A stretch of 28,129 nt of DNA, taken from contig JBDKHP010000029.1 in NCBI GenBank assembly GCA_039797645.1, positions 1-28,129 on the forward strand, in the 5' to 3' direction. Origin of the DNA: Bacteroidota bacterium. GTDB taxonomy: Bacteria; Bacteroidota; Bacteroidia; Bacteroidales; JBDKHP01. Position 1 is the first letter of the stretch. Each line of letters starts with the position of its first letter. The translations under genes and the position numbers were made by a program. The notes beneath the pieces were generated by a model. That model was not told the origin of the DNA. It worked only from the letters and a program-made list of their open reading frames with translations, and did not search any database. Of the stretch, positions 1-9,805 are shown piece by piece.

Positions 1-10
1 CGGACTGATT

Positions 11-3000
11 ATGTACGAGAAAAAACAGGATAAATATATTTTCTACGATGCGGCCAATAGTGGACTGAGTCACAATACAATACGAACGCTGTATCGCGAT
101 TCGCGGGGTGACTTGTGGGTGGGTACCTACGATAAGCTCAACCGGCTTCACGCGGGCAAGTTCACAACGTTCGACCTGAAATTGAACTACAAACCTTGGC
201 TTAAGAACAATCTTATTTGTACCATAAAACCTTATTCTGAAACCCACGATAGCCTGCTATGGGTGGGCACAGAAACGGGTCTTTGCCTCTTCGATACGGG
301 AACGGGGAAATTTGTGGTCTATAATGCCAACAACACTGCTTTTAGTAACGAAGTGGTGAAATGTGTGTTTGTCCAAAACGATTCGACGCTGTGGTTGGGT
401 ACGGATTTCGGACTCAATATTTTCGACCCCAATACGCGGAAAGTGCGCAAATATTTTCACGACCCCAAGGCGAATCATACCATTTCGAACAACGTGGTTT
501 GGGATATTGTGGAGAGTCCGAAAGGGATGCTTTGGTTTGTGACTTCAGACGGAATTAGCCTGCTCGATATTCAGAAAAACTTAATGGTTTTTCATGAAGT
601 GTATTCTCAGCATGGGGCGCAAGTTGTGGGCAATCAGGTGCGGGCCTTGCTAGTTGATTCAGACGGAGATACTTGGTCTGCAACAAATTACGGTGTTATT
701 TGCCAGAAATATCGTAGCGAACAGCTCTTGCGTTTTACGGCATCTGAAAACCCGAAAACACGCATTTTGCTCGACAACGTATTTGCGCTTGCTCAAGACA
801 AACAGCGGCGTATCTGGATCGGTACGGCTGGGGGCATCAATATTTGGGACAAAAATAAGCAACAGATGCTGGCAATTTCCGCCAGCCGACAAAACGGGCT
901 TAACTCCAATTATATTCACAGTTTTGCCAAAGAAACGGAGCGTACTATTTGGATGAGTGCCTGGGAAGGTGGGCTGTTTAAAATTATAGAAAACCCCAAT
1001 AATCCACACGATTTTCGCTTCATTTCGCTCGATAACGAGACCGACGAAATTGTGTTTTCGGCAGGTAAACAGATGTTTACAGCTACAAAAAAAGAACTCT
1101 GGTTGGTAGATAGGCAAAGCTTTGAGAGAACTTTGTTTGCCCCCATCAACGAGGCGTTGGCTGGTAAAGAAATCTCTGCCGTAATGGGCGATTCGCTTGG
1201 CAATATTTGGGTGGCTGCCGACAGCAATTTGTTGCATTATTTGCCCCAAAGCAATTCCGTACAAACTACGAATATTGATGCAAATGGGCTGAAAAAAATC
1301 ATTGGTCTCCAAAGAGATCGCCACGGCGAGGTATGGGGTATTACCCACAATACAATCGTTAAATTCGACACGCCACAGCACACTTACCTCACGATACCGA
1401 TTCCTAAAAATTCGCCCCTAAAGACTTTTTACGAACAGTGTTGCGCCTTGACCAAGGACGGGAATTTGCTGTTTGGTGGCGATAATGGATATTTTGAGAT
1501 TAACCCCAAATCGGTGGTGCGTCATTCGCAAAAACCCAAAGTTTTTATTACAGAACTACTTATAAACAACCAACTTATCACAGCCCACGATTCTACACAA
1601 ATTTTAGAGAATGTTATTGCTTTCACAAAAAAAATTCGACTCAGCCACGAACAAAACTCTTTGACTTTAGAATTTTCTGCGCTCGAATATCTGTTTCCGA
1701 AAATTTCGGAGTTTTCGTTCCGTTTGTTGGGGGCCGAAACTTCGTGGCGGAGTACTTCGGGCGCAAAGAATTTTGCGATGTACGCCAATTTAGAACCAGG
1801 GGAATATACCTTCGAGCTGAAAGGTATGAATTTTATGGGTAATTGGAGCGATGCTGTGCAGTTGCACATTACTATTCTGCGGCCTTTGTGGTTACGTCCG
1901 CCTTTTTTGTTGCTCTATTTGGTGCTGCTTATGCTGCTGATTGTGGCCAGTGCGAAGTTTGTACGCTACCGACAACAGATGCAACAAGAGCTGAAACTTT
2001 CTAAGTTGGAAAAGGAACATGCCGACGAAATTTTTCGGACAAAACAGCAGTTTTTTACAAATATTTCGCATGAATTCCGTACGCCTCTTACGCTTATTTT
2101 GCCGCCAATTCAAGAAATATTACGAAGCAACGAACTTACCGAAAAAGACACTAAATTACTGGTTTTGGCCAATAGAAATGCTCTGCGTTTGAGTAAATTG
2201 GTGAATCAGTTGCTGGATTTTGCCAAAATAGAATCATCTAAATTGGCGCTTCGGCGTTCGCAGGTGGAGCTGGTGGCCTTTTGTAATCAGGTTTTTGGCT
2301 CTTTTGCAGATTTGGCCAAACGCAACGAAATTAACTACCGTTTCGAGTGCGAAATGGCCGTACTTTATACCAGTTTGGATCTCGAAAAAATTGAAACAGT
2401 GCTCTTTAATGTCCTCTCGAATGCCTTTAAATACACGCCCTACAATGGTGAAATTTCTTTCAAACTGTCGCAATTTGAGGAGCAGGATTTGCCCTATATC
2501 CGCATTGAAATTTGCGACAATGGCATGGGCATTGAGCCAGCAGACCAGCAGAAAATATTCGACCGGTTTTACCAAACCACAGCAAGTAAGGCGATGAACG
2601 TAGGTTCGGGCATTGGGCTTACCTTGTCGATGGAGTATGTGCGCTTGCACGGGGGCGATATCAATCTGGAAAGTGTGCCCGAGGCTGGAAGCTGTTTTGG
2701 GATAACACTTCCGTTTGTGGCTGCTTCTGCACCGAAAACCGACGATCTTCATCCGCCAGCAGTTCGAGCGGATACCGAGGGTTCTAAACCCGCTACCGAG
2801 GTAAACCCGGGCAAAAAACTGTTGCTAATTGTGGACGACAACACTGATATTCTGGATTTTATAGAACTAAACCTTGGGGATTATTACCGATTTATTCGGG
2901 CAACCGATGGGCGCAAAGGCTTGGAGAAATGCCGTAAACACCTGCCAGACCTAATCATTTCTGATATTATGATGCCAGAAATGGATGGAATTGCATTGTG

Positions 3001-3583
3001 TAAGGAATTGAAGAAAACGCCTGCTACTGCGCATATTCCTGTAATTCTACTCACTGCAAAATCGCTGGAAGTGCAAAAAGCAGAAGGCTTGGATTCAGGT
3101 GCCGATATGTACATTATAAAACCGTTTGATATAGATTTTTTGAAGTCTTCGGTGGCGAGTGTGTTCAGACGTAATACGCTGATGTACAATTTTGTAAAGA
3201 CTGAAATGTCGTTAGTTCCAGGAAAGAGTATCGACCCAGAAAAAAATCAAGACGCGGTATTTCTGAAACGTATTATCGACATTATTGAGGAAAATATCGA
3301 CAATAGTGAACTCAGCGTAGAATTTATAAGCGAAAAGTACGGTATCAGCACCACGCATTTGTACCGAAAAATGAAACAAATTACGAATAAATCGACGGTA
3401 GAAGTCGTGAAAAATTATCGGATGCAACGAGCAGCCCAGCTAATTAGCAACAACGAAGGCAATATTTCGGAGATTATGTACGCTGTAGGTTTTTCGAGTC
3501 CGTCGAGTTTTTCCAAGGCTTTTAAATCGGTATTTGGTGTTTCGCCCGCACAATATGCGGAGTTGCCGGCCGACAGTGCGTAG
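11..3583 (+). CDS. Hybrid two-component system sensor kinase/response regulator (beta-propeller + Y_Y_Y, TM, HisKA/HATPase, REC, AraC HTH); probably 5'-truncated by the window edge
   Basis: Repeated 'D..G.LW.GT' propeller motifs; 'YANLEPGEYTFELKG' (Y_Y_Y); TM 'PPFLLLYLVLLMLLIVASA'; H-box 'NISHEFRTPLT'; 'NVLSNAFKYT', 'DNGMGI', 'GSGIGL'; REC 'DLIISDIMMPEMDG'; AraC HTH 'YAVGFSSPSSFSKAFKSVFGVSP'. Frame is open from base 2 (gga ctg att atg) and there is no signal peptide at Met11, so the true start is probably upstream. Confidence 0.93.
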   Translation: MYEKKQDKYIFYDAANSGLSHNTIRTLYRDSRGDLWVGTYDKLNRLHAGKFTTFDLKLNYKPWLKNNLICTIKPYSETHDSLLWVGTETGLCLFDTGTGKFVVYNANNTAFSNEVVKCVFVQNDSTLWLGTDFGLNIFDPNTRKVRKYFHDPKANHTISNNVVWDIVESPKGMLWFVTSDGISLLDIQKNLMVFHEVYSQHGAQVVGNQVRALLVDSDGDTWSATNYGVICQKYRSEQLLRFTASENPKTRILLDNVFALAQDKQRRIWIGTAGGINIWDKNKQQMLAISASRQNGLNSNYIHSFAKETERTIWMSAWEGGLFKIIENPNNPHDFRFISLDNETDEIVFSAGKQMFTATKKELWLVDRQSFERTLFAPINEALAGKEISAVMGDSLGNIWVAADSNLLHYLPQSNSVQTTNIDANGLKKIIGLQRDRHGEVWGITHNTIVKFDTPQHTYLTIPIPKNSPLKTFYEQCCALTKDGNLLFGGDNGYFEINPKSVVRHSQKPKVFITELLINNQLITAHDSTQILENVIAFTKKIRLSHEQNSLTLEFSALEYLFPKISEFSFRLLGAETSWRSTSGAKNFAMYANLEPGEYTFELKGMNFMGNWSDAVQLHITILRPLWLRPPFLLLYLVLLMLLIVASAKFVRYRQQMQQELKLSKLEKEHADEIFRTKQQFFTNISHEFRTPLTLILPPIQEILRSNELTEKDTKLLVLANRNALRLSKLVNQLLDFAKIESSKLALRRSQVELVAFCNQVFGSFADLAKRNEINYRFECEMAVLYTSLDLEKIETVLFNVLSNAFKYTPYNGEISFKLSQFEEQDLPYIRIEICDNGMGIEPADQQKIFDRFYQTTASKAMNVGSGIGLTLSMEYVRLHGGDINLESVPEAGSCFGITLPFVAASAPKTDDLHPPAVRADTEGSKPATEVNPGKKLLLIVDDNTDILDFIELNLGDYYRFIRATDGRKGLEKCRKHLPDLIISDIMMPEMDGIALCKELKKTPATAHIPVILLTAKSLEVQKAEGLDSGADMYIIKPFDIDFLKSSVASVFRRNTLMYNFVKTEMSLVPGKSIDPEKNQDAVFLKRIIDIIEENIDNSELSVEFISEKYGISTTHLYRKMKQITNKSTVEVVKNYRMQRAAQLISNNEGNISEIMYAVGFSSPSSFSKAFKSVFGVSPAQYAELPADSA

Positions 3584-3681
3584 GGTATAGGCCAAGAAAT
3601 CTGGAAGCGTTCGCATTCACTTCATGCGCTTTTACAGACTCGAATGCCTAAGCATTAAACATAAAACGAGAGCAAAAAACA

Positions 3682-3718
3682 GGAGCAATAATCCAACGAT
3701 ATTTGTAATGGCAGCTCC
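3682..3718 (+). repeat. Fragment E: left-end remnant of the ~255-bp dispersed repeat
   Basis: ggagcaataatccaacgatatttgtaatggcagctcc aligns ungapped at 29/37 with the start of copy C1 (ggagctgtaactcaacaatatttgtaagggctgctac) and is preceded by an A-tract like the full copies. Confidence 0.6.
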
Positions 3719-3729
3719 CCTTCTACTCT

Positions 3730-5841
3730 TTATTTTCTTGCGTCTTCGAGGCGTTTTACGAGTTGCACCATGCCAATTGGGTAGAGATTGTCGAGCCGTT
3801 CGCAGACATTGAGATGGTGTACGTCGGGTGTTTTTTCCCACTCGGTAGCGAGGGTTTGGTAGGCACCTGGGGGGAAGATTCGGTCGAGTTCGATCGGATA
3901 TTTTTCATCCCAGAGAATGCCGTAGTGGCTGAAAATGGTGTTCACGCTGTATCCACGTTCGGTAGCAATGGCTTCGGGTTCGTAGTTGGCTTGGTAGTAG
4001 GCGAAGGTGAGCTTGTGGGTTTCGCCTTTCATCCCTTTAAGCATATCCTTAATTTCTATGTAGATACGACACATTTCTTGGGTGAATTCATGGCCAAATT
4101 TTGCGGCTTTTACTTGCGTTACTCCTTCTATTTTTATGAATTGCGATATATGTATTGGGCGTTTTTCGGCAAGTTGCACAATGGTGCGGTCGTCGAAAAT
4201 ATGTGTTGGGACGATGCCTTGTTCTTCGGCCAGTTTGAAACGGAATTCTTTGAGTCGCGTTTGTACCAAAATGCGCATCTCTTCGCGTTTGGTAAGCTTC
4301 GTGGGGACCTCCAACGGTACTTCGGTTTTTTTGCCAAATACGATTTTGCGTAGCGTTACGGGTTGTATGCCTTGTAGCACCAGTTGGCTCAGCGGGGTGA
4401 GTTTCACGAAGTGGTTGTCGGTCATATCAATTTCGAGAATTCCTTGATTTTGGAGCTGTATTATAAATTGTTGCCAGTCTAAGTGGGAATATTCGCGGCC
4501 AGCTCCGTAGGTGCGAATGCGGTCGTAGCCTGCACGGATAAGGTCGGCGGTGTGCATTCCGCGTAGTACGTTAATGAGCATATTTGTCGCCGCTTTTTGT
4601 TCGAGTCGTGTTACAGCGGAAAGTGCTTTTTGGGCAACAATTGTACCGTCGAATCCCTCGGGAGGTGTTTCGCAATTGTCGCAATGCTTGCAGTTTGTAG
4701 TGGGTGTTTCGCCAAAATAACTGAGCAACATGGTGCCTCGGCAGGAGTACGATTCGGAAAAATCGCGCATCCGCATGAGCTTGGCACGTTCGATTTCTGC
4801 CATGGGGCTGGCCTGGTTTATGAAACCTTCTAGTGTACTTAGGTCGGCGTATGAGTAGAATAGGTAGGCTACACTGGGGAGTCCGTCGCGGCCAGCTCTG
4901 CCAATTTCTTGGTAGTATCCTTCTACGTTTTTAGGCATGTTGTAGTGCATTACGAAACGCACGTTAGATTTGTTGATACCCATCCCGAAGGCGACCGTGG
5001 CGCAGACAATTTTGGTGCGATCGGCAATAAAATCGGAGAGTACTTTTCGTCGGGTATCGGGCGGGAGTCCGGCGTGGTAAGCTGCGGCATTAAAGCCCGC
5101 TTTTTTGAGGCGTTCAGCAATTTGTTCGGTGCTTTTCTGGCTCAGGCTGTATATAATTCCAGATTCACGGGTGTAGTCGCCCAATATTCTGATAATCTGT
5201 TCAATACGTTTAATTCCCGGACGTACGTTCATGGTGATATTCGGCCTGTCGAACGAAAGTAAATATACTTCGGGGTTGGGCAGGCGGAGTTGTTTTACGA
5301 TGTCTTGGCGGGTGGCTTTGTCGGCAGTGGCAGTGAGTGCGATGATGGGCACTTCGGGGAATTTGGCCTTGAGGTAGTACATTTGGGCGTATTCTGGGCG
5401 GAAATCGTGCCCCCACGAACTGATGCAATGCGCCTCGTCTATGGCAATCAGACTGATCCGAATACGGCACATCATTTCGTAAAAGCTGCGTGTAACCATG
5501 CGTTCTGGTGCCACATACAACAGTTTGATTTGCCCACGTTCTACCTTTGCAATCACGTCGTTTTGCGTAGCTCCTGTCATGCTGCTATTTAGAAATGCTG
5601 CGGCTATACCATTCTGTATGAGTGAGTCCACTTGGTCTTGCATCAGTGCAATGAGTGGCGAAACTACAATCGCAGTACCTTCCATAATGAGGGCAGGAAG
5701 CTGAAACGTGAGCGATTTGCCACCGCCTGTGGGCATTACCACCACAGAATCGTGGCCTGCCATAAGGTTTTCTATAATTTCTTGCTGACTTGGGCGGAAT
5801 TGTTCGTAACCAAAGTACTTTTTGAGGGTTTCGTGTAGCAT
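3730..5841 (-). CDS. recQ: ATP-dependent DNA helicase RecQ (helicase core, RQC, HRDC, C-terminal HTH)
   Basis: 'LKKYFGYEQFRPSQ', Walker A 'MPTGGGKS', 'DEAHCISSWGHDFRPEY', 'VCATVAFGMGINK', 'YYQEIGRAGRDG', Zn site 'CRGTMLLSYFGE...CKHCDNC', HRDC 'IFDDRTIVQLA'. Confidence 0.96.
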   Translation of the reverse strand: MLHETLKKYFGYEQFRPSQQEIIENLMAGHDSVVVMPTGGGKSLTFQLPALIMEGTAIVVSPLIALMQDQVDSLIQNGIAAAFLNSSMTGATQNDVIAKVERGQIKLLYVAPERMVTRSFYEMMCRIRISLIAIDEAHCISSWGHDFRPEYAQMYYLKAKFPEVPIIALTATADKATRQDIVKQLRLPNPEVYLLSFDRPNITMNVRPGIKRIEQIIRILGDYTRESGIIYSLSQKSTEQIAERLKKAGFNAAAYHAGLPPDTRRKVLSDFIADRTKIVCATVAFGMGINKSNVRFVMHYNMPKNVEGYYQEIGRAGRDGLPSVAYLFYSYADLSTLEGFINQASPMAEIERAKLMRMRDFSESYSCRGTMLLSYFGETPTTNCKHCDNCETPPEGFDGTIVAQKALSAVTRLEQKAATNMLINVLRGMHTADLIRAGYDRIRTYGAGREYSHLDWQQFIIQLQNQGILEIDMTDNHFVKLTPLSQLVLQGIQPVTLRKIVFGKKTEVPLEVPTKLTKREEMRILVQTRLKEFRFKLAEEQGIVPTHIFDDRTIVQLAEKRPIHISQFIKIEGVTQVKAAKFGHEFTQEMCRIYIEIKDMLKGMKGETHKLTFAYYQANYEPEAIATERGYSVNTIFSHYGILWDEKYPIELDRIFPPGAYQTLATEWEKTPDVHHLNVCERLDNLYPIGMVQLVKRLEDARK

Positions 5842-5864
5842 GTGGGGGAACGTGGAAAAAATTC

Positions 5865-5892
5865 CTACCCCAAGTTTGTGGGCTTGGGGTAG
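5865..5892 (-). terminator. Hairpin between pyrH and recQ, possible intrinsic terminator on the - strand
   Basis: Perfect 10-bp stem CTACCCCAAG/CTTGGGGTAG with an 8-nt loop; on the - strand it is followed by GAATTTTTT, so the U-tract is offset. Confidence 0.5.
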
Positions 5893-5904
5893 AAGCTGGG
5901 GTTA

Positions 5905-6615
5905 TCAATTGTGAACTAGAGTGCCTATTTTTTCGCCATTCATTAGTTTGGCGAGATTGCCGACTTCGTCCATATTGAAGACTTCGATCTTGAGTTTGTT
6001 CTCTTTGCAAAGTGCAAATGCCGTAAGATCCATAATTTTGAGATTTCGCGAAAAAGCTTCGTCGAAAGTAAGTGTATCGAATTTAGTTGCCGTGGGGTCT
6101 TTCTCGGGGTCGGCTGTATAGATTCCGTCCACGCGTGTGCCTTTGAGCATGGCTTCAGCCTCAATTTCTACGCCGCGCAATGCCGACGCTGTATCGGTGG
6201 TAAAAAACGGATTGCCAGTTCCGCCCGCCACAATTACTACTTTGCCTGCGTTTAGTGCCTCAATGGCCTTGGCTTTGCTGTACAATTCGCCAATAGGTTC
6301 CATGCGAATAGCTGTCATGGTAGCTACCGCTTGGCCAATAGATTCGAGGGCAGAACTCAGCGCCAAGCTGTTGATTACAGTCGCCAACATACCCATTTGG
6401 TCGCCTTTCACGCGGTCGAAGCCCTTTTGTGCGCCCGACAAACCACGGAAAATATTTCCGCCGCCAATCACTATGCCCACTTGAACCCCTTTTTGCGAAA
6501 GTTCCTGAATCTGCGTTGCATATTCGTTCAGTCGTTTGGGGTCTATTCCATAACCCTGCTCACCCATAAGCGATTCGCCGCTTAGTTTGAGTAAAATCCG
6601 TTTGTATTTTTGCAT
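5905..6615 (-). CDS. pyrH: Uridylate kinase (UMP kinase)
   Basis: 'YKRILLKLSGESLMG', 'VIGGGNIFRG', 'DQMGMLATVINSLAL', 'GTGNPFFTTDTASALR', 'VDGIYTADP', 'IMDLTAFALC'. Confidence 0.97.
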   Translation of the reverse strand: MQKYKRILLKLSGESLMGEQGYGIDPKRLNEYATQIQELSQKGVQVGIVIGGGNIFRGLSGAQKGFDRVKGDQMGMLATVINSLALSSALESIGQAVATMTAIRMEPIGELYSKAKAIEALNAGKVVIVAGGTGNPFFTTDTASALRGVEIEAEAMLKGTRVDGIYTADPEKDPTATKFDTLTFDEAFSRNLKIMDLTAFALCKENKLKIEVFNMDEVGNLAKLMNGEKIGTLVHN

Positions 6616-6643
6616 AATCTATTAATTTACAAAACTATAATTA

Positions 6644-7594
6644 TCAGTACCCAGGGCCTCGGTACTTTACATCTTCGTCGCCGCTGATAATATTCAGGTA
6701 GCTGTCGTAACGCGTGGGCGAAATTCGCATCTCTTCTACGGCTGTTTTTACGGCACAACCCGGCTCGTGAACGTGCGTGCAATTGTAGAACTTACAACTA
6801 TCTAGCAGCTCGAACATTTCAGGGAAATAATGCGCCACTTCGTCGGGTTCCATTTTGTGCATCCCAAAGCTTTTCACGCCGGGGGTATCAATAATTCTAC
6901 CGCCCGAAGTTAAGTCGAACATTTCGGCAAAGGTGGTTGTGTGTTTGCCTTTATGGTGAGCATCTGAAATAAGTCCTGTTTTCAGCACCAAAGCCGGATC
7001 AATCGCATTGATGAGTGTCGATTTTCCAACACCCGAATTGCCAGAAACCAGGGATGTTTTTTCGCACAACAAGGCTCGTAATTCTTCCACACCTTCGCCT
7101 GTGGCCGCCGACACCAAATGACAAGTATAACCTATGCCATCGTAGATATATTTCAGAGCCTCAAACTCTTCCATGTCTTCGTCGTTATATAAGTCGCACT
7201 TATTAAACACCAAATTGGCTGGGATCTTGTAGGCCTGCGCCGTTACCAAAAAACGGTCGATAAAGCGCAATTCTGTTCGGGGGTTTGCCAGCGTAGCCAC
7301 TAGCACCGCAAGGTCGATATTGGCCGCAATCACTTGCGCTTCTTTGGACAAGTTCGTCGATTTTCGCACAATATAATTGTTCCTTTCATGGATTCCGACA
7401 ATGTTTGCCACGCCTTCTTCGCCCTCTTCTAGCTCAATATCAACCACATCGCCCACTGCTACGGGGTTGGTACTCCGAATGCCTTGTATCCGAAACTTAC
7501 CCCGAATACGACACTCAAAAAACTCGTCGTCGCACTTCACCCAATACCAACTCCCGGTCGATTTTGTAACCACACCGATTTTCTTATCAGCCAT
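6644..7594 (-). CDS. rsgA: Ribosome small subunit-dependent GTPase A
   Basis: N-terminal OB fold; circularly permuted GTPase motifs 'NKCD', 'GNSGVGKS', 'KGKHTTT', 'DTPG'; Zn site 'CKFYNCTHVHEPGC'. Confidence 0.96.
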   Translation of the reverse strand: MADKKIGVVTKSTGSWYWVKCDDEFFECRIRGKFRIQGIRSTNPVAVGDVVDIELEEGEEGVANIVGIHERNNYIVRKSTNLSKEAQVIAANIDLAVLVATLANPRTELRFIDRFLVTAQAYKIPANLVFNKCDLYNDEDMEEFEALKYIYDGIGYTCHLVSAATGEGVEELRALLCEKTSLVSGNSGVGKSTLINAIDPALVLKTGLISDAHHKGKHTTTFAEMFDLTSGGRIIDTPGVKSFGMHKMEPDEVAHYFPEMFELLDSCKFYNCTHVHEPGCAVKTAVEEMRISPTRYDSYLNIISGDEDVKYRGPGY

Positions 7595-7613
7595 AAGTCT
7601 TTAATCTTTCACG

Positions 7614-7621
7614 CAAAACTA
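7614..7621 (-). promoter_or_regulatory. Possible Bacteroidota -7 promoter element for rsgA
   Basis: CAAAACTA is TAGTTTTG (TAnnTTTG) on the - strand, 19 nt upstream of the rsgA ATG; no clear -33 TTTG. Confidence 0.4.
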
Positions 7622-7745
7622 AGCAAATTTTTGCCGAAAACCCCTCAGAATTTACGAGCTAAACGCACGAATATACTGTCAGACGCCAGCTGAACGAAAA
7701 GAAACAAGCTTTTCCCTGAAACGAGAGCAAACGTTTTATTCGGTA

Positions 7746-7880
7746 AGCCATAGGCTCGCCCACTGGTACGTTTGCCCCGCAAGATTTTGGTGTGGGTCTG
7801 GAAAGTGGGGCACGGTCTAGCCCGGATTGGTTCTCCTATTGCATAAGGTGGAGTTCTAGCTAAGAGCCAAATGCAGCAGC
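7746..7880 (-). repeat. Fragment D: internally deleted, degenerate copy of the ~255-bp repeat
   Basis: 'ggtgtgggtctggaaa..gcacggtctagcccggat' matches C2 'ggcgtgggtttggaaa..gcacggtctagcccggat' (18-nt exact run gcacggtctagcccggat); 'gctaagagcc' and 'gcagcagc' match the module in copy B; the central ~100 nt are replaced by a short unrelated segment. Confidence 0.7.
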
Positions 7881-7928
7881 TTCACGGGTAACTTTGTGTT
7901 ACGATAGTGCGTTTTACTTACCTTAATA

Positions 7929-8594
7929 TCAGATATTTAGGTAGTTAATAAACTCTTCGTAGCGGCTGTTGAGCATGGTTTCGGAATATTCGTTTTCGGA
8001 ATAAGAAGCCACGATTGAATACCCATAGCGTTCGAAACTTTGGATGATGGCGCTCAGATCCATTCGGTTGATTTTGAGGGTGAGGTTTACCATCATGCTG
8101 TCGGGGTGGGTCGATACGTAGAGGCTGAGTACTTTGGCGTCGTTGCCTTCTACAATTTGCGATATTTCGGTGAGGCTGTAGTCGTGGGTGTGCATTTCGA
8201 GCATCACTACCCCCCCAGGACTGTCGGCGCAAATGAGCATTGAGAAGTGTTTTACGAGGTCGATCAGGGTGATTACCCCGAGGTATTCTTCGTCGCGTTC
8301 TACCACTGGAATTACCGATAAATTGAGGCGGGATGCGACTTCTATTACTTCGTAAATGTGCTGATCTCCATATACAAAGGGCCGAAATAACGAGAGGGTA
8401 TGGTCGCCAATGGGTTCGTCGGCCATGTTCATGTTGTAGATGTCGCTGTCGGTAATAAGCCCCAAAAATTCTTCGCTGTTCACAATGGGCAAATGCGACA
8501 CCTTGAACACATCCATAATACTGAGTGCCATTTTGCCAGTGTCCGAGGTGCGGAGCACAGGCACAATTTCCGATATAAGAGAGCGTGCTAACAT
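7929..8594 (-). CDS. CBS-domain pair protein with ACT-like C-terminal domain (Bacteroidota type)
   Basis: Two CBS repeats ('VSHLPIVNSEEFLGLI', 'LSVIPVVERDEEYLGVI') and a C-terminal 'DYSLTEISQIVEGNDAKVLS...FERYGY' region. ATG 8594 (MLARSLIS) is preferred over the ORF-track start at 8633. Confidence 0.85.
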   Translation of the reverse strand: MLARSLISEIVPVLRTSDTGKMALSIMDVFKVSHLPIVNSEEFLGLITDSDIYNMNMADEPIGDHTLSLFRPFVYGDQHIYEVIEVASRLNLSVIPVVERDEEYLGVITLIDLVKHFSMLICADSPGGVVMLEMHTHDYSLTEISQIVEGNDAKVLSLYVSTHPDSMMVNLTLKINRMDLSAIIQSFERYGYSIVASYSENEYSETMLNSRYEEFINYLNI

Positions 8595-8706
8595 AGCTAC
8601 AATACTATAAAAAGTTTGCCAAAGCTGGTACATCTTACAAAAATGTTGTGCAGCATGGGCCTAATGGTGCGAATATATTATCTTGCTGACCCATTTCGTG
8701 GAGCAG

Positions 8707-8736
8707 CAAACATACAACTAAGACTTGTAAATCAAA
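8707..8736 (-). promoter_or_regulatory. Possible Bacteroidota promoter for the CBS gene
   Basis: On the - strand: TTTG (8736-8733), N18, TATGTTTG (8714-8707). Confidence 0.4.
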
Positions 8737-8757
8737 CAATTAGTTACAATAGATTTC

Positions 8758-9471
8758 ATGACAAAACTAAGTGTAAACATCAACAAAGTTGCTACAATTC
8801 GCAACGCACGCGGTAGTAACACCCCCGACGTTGTTCGTTTTGCCATAGACGCCGAGCAATTTGGCGCACAGGGCATCACCGTGCATCCGCGCCCAGACGA
8901 ACGGCATATTCGCCGCGACGACTTGAGCGCACTCAAAAAAGTGGTGCGTACAGAGTTCAATATCGAGGGCTACCCCTCGCCCGATTTTATTGAGATGGTG
9001 TGCCGCATTAAACCAGAGCAGGTAACTTTGGTGCCAGATCCGCCGGAGGCTATTACCTCGAGTGCTGGTTGGGACACGCGCACACACCTCGAATTTCTGA
9101 CGGATGTAATTGCGCGGTTTCAGTCCGTAGGAATCCGCACATCGATTTTCGTAGATACTACTGCCGTAAATATTGAGTATGCAGCACGCACCAAAACCAA
9201 CCGCGTGGAACTCTACACCGAGCCTTACGCCACAAACTACCCCACAGACCGCGAGAAGGCCGTTGCTCCATTCGTTGTAGCAGCCGAACTCGCCTTGAGC
9301 TTGGGCCTTGGCCTGAATGCTGGCCACGATTTGAGCCTCGACAATTTGGGCTATTTTGCCCGAATGGTGCCAGGTTTGCAGGAAGTATCCATTGGTCACG
9401 CGCTCGTTTCCGATGCCTTATACCTCGGCCTCGAAGAAACAATTAAGCGATACAAACGCTGCCTTTTGTAG
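8758..9471 (+). CDS. pdxJ: Pyridoxine 5'-phosphate synthase
   Basis: '[16 protein letters not shown]', '[13 protein letters not shown]', 'EFNIEG', 'QVTLVPD', 'VELYT', 'LNAGHDL', 'EVSIGHAL'. Confidence 0.97.
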   Translation: MTKLSVNINKVATIRNARGSNTPDVVRFAIDAEQFGAQGITVHPRPDERHIRRDDLSALKKVVRTEFNIEGYPSPDFIEMVCRIKPEQVTLVPDPPEAITSSAGWDTRTHLEFLTDVIARFQSVGIRTSIFVDTTAVNIEYAARTKTNRVELYTEPYATNYPTDREKAVAPFVVAAELALSLGLGLNAGHDLSLDNLGYFARMVPGLQEVSIGHALVSDALYLGLEETIKRYKRCLL

Positions 9472-9478
9472 CACCCTT

Positions 9479-9515
9479 ACAAAGCTTCGGAATTTCTGGA
9501 GCTTTGTGCTTTTTT
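9479..9515 (+). terminator. Intrinsic terminator after pdxJ
   Basis: 13-bp stem (including G-U pairs) acaaagcttcgga/tctggagctttgt followed by gctttttt, 7 nt after the stop codon. Confidence 0.7.
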
Positions 9516-9543
9516 GGCGGCATATAACCCAGTGAAGCCGAGA

Positions 9544-9805
9544 TAAAAAAAAAGAAAAATAAGGATTAGGAGCGGTAGCCCAACAGTATTTGTAAAGGCT
9601 GCTGCCGGCTATCCGCTTGTAGTCCTCGCGTTCGGGAACGTAATCAACTGGCAGTCATTGTATTTCAGTCGAAAGGCATCAGCTTGCTGGCACGGTATCA
9701 CACCGCTGTGGGCTACCGCTACTATCCGGGCTAGTTGTAGCTACTGTATCGTCTGTAACGCCGTAGGTACGCGGGGCCAATCCTTTCAGTTGGCCTACGG
9801 CCATG
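9544..9805 (+). repeat. Copy A of the ~255-bp dispersed repeat
   Basis: A-tract, GGAGC, CCGGCT, GTAGTCCTCGC (9619-9629), GCTGTGGGCTAC, ATCCGGGCTAG, GCCGTAGG..CCTACGGCCATG; same order and similar spacing as copies B, C1 and C2. Confidence 0.92.

Noticed and set aside
3763-5704. Several + strand ORFs (e.g. 3763-4353, 4909-5262, 5290-5592) opposite recQ
   Set aside because: Antisense shadows of a clearly conserved gene; no domain signal.
3664-7731. Exact 13-mer AAACGAGAGCAAA at 3664-3676 and 7719-7731 bracketing recQ-pyrH-rsgA
   Set aside because: Several exact 13-mer pairs are expected by chance in 28 kb, more when A-rich; its position beside fragments E and D is suggestive but insufficient.
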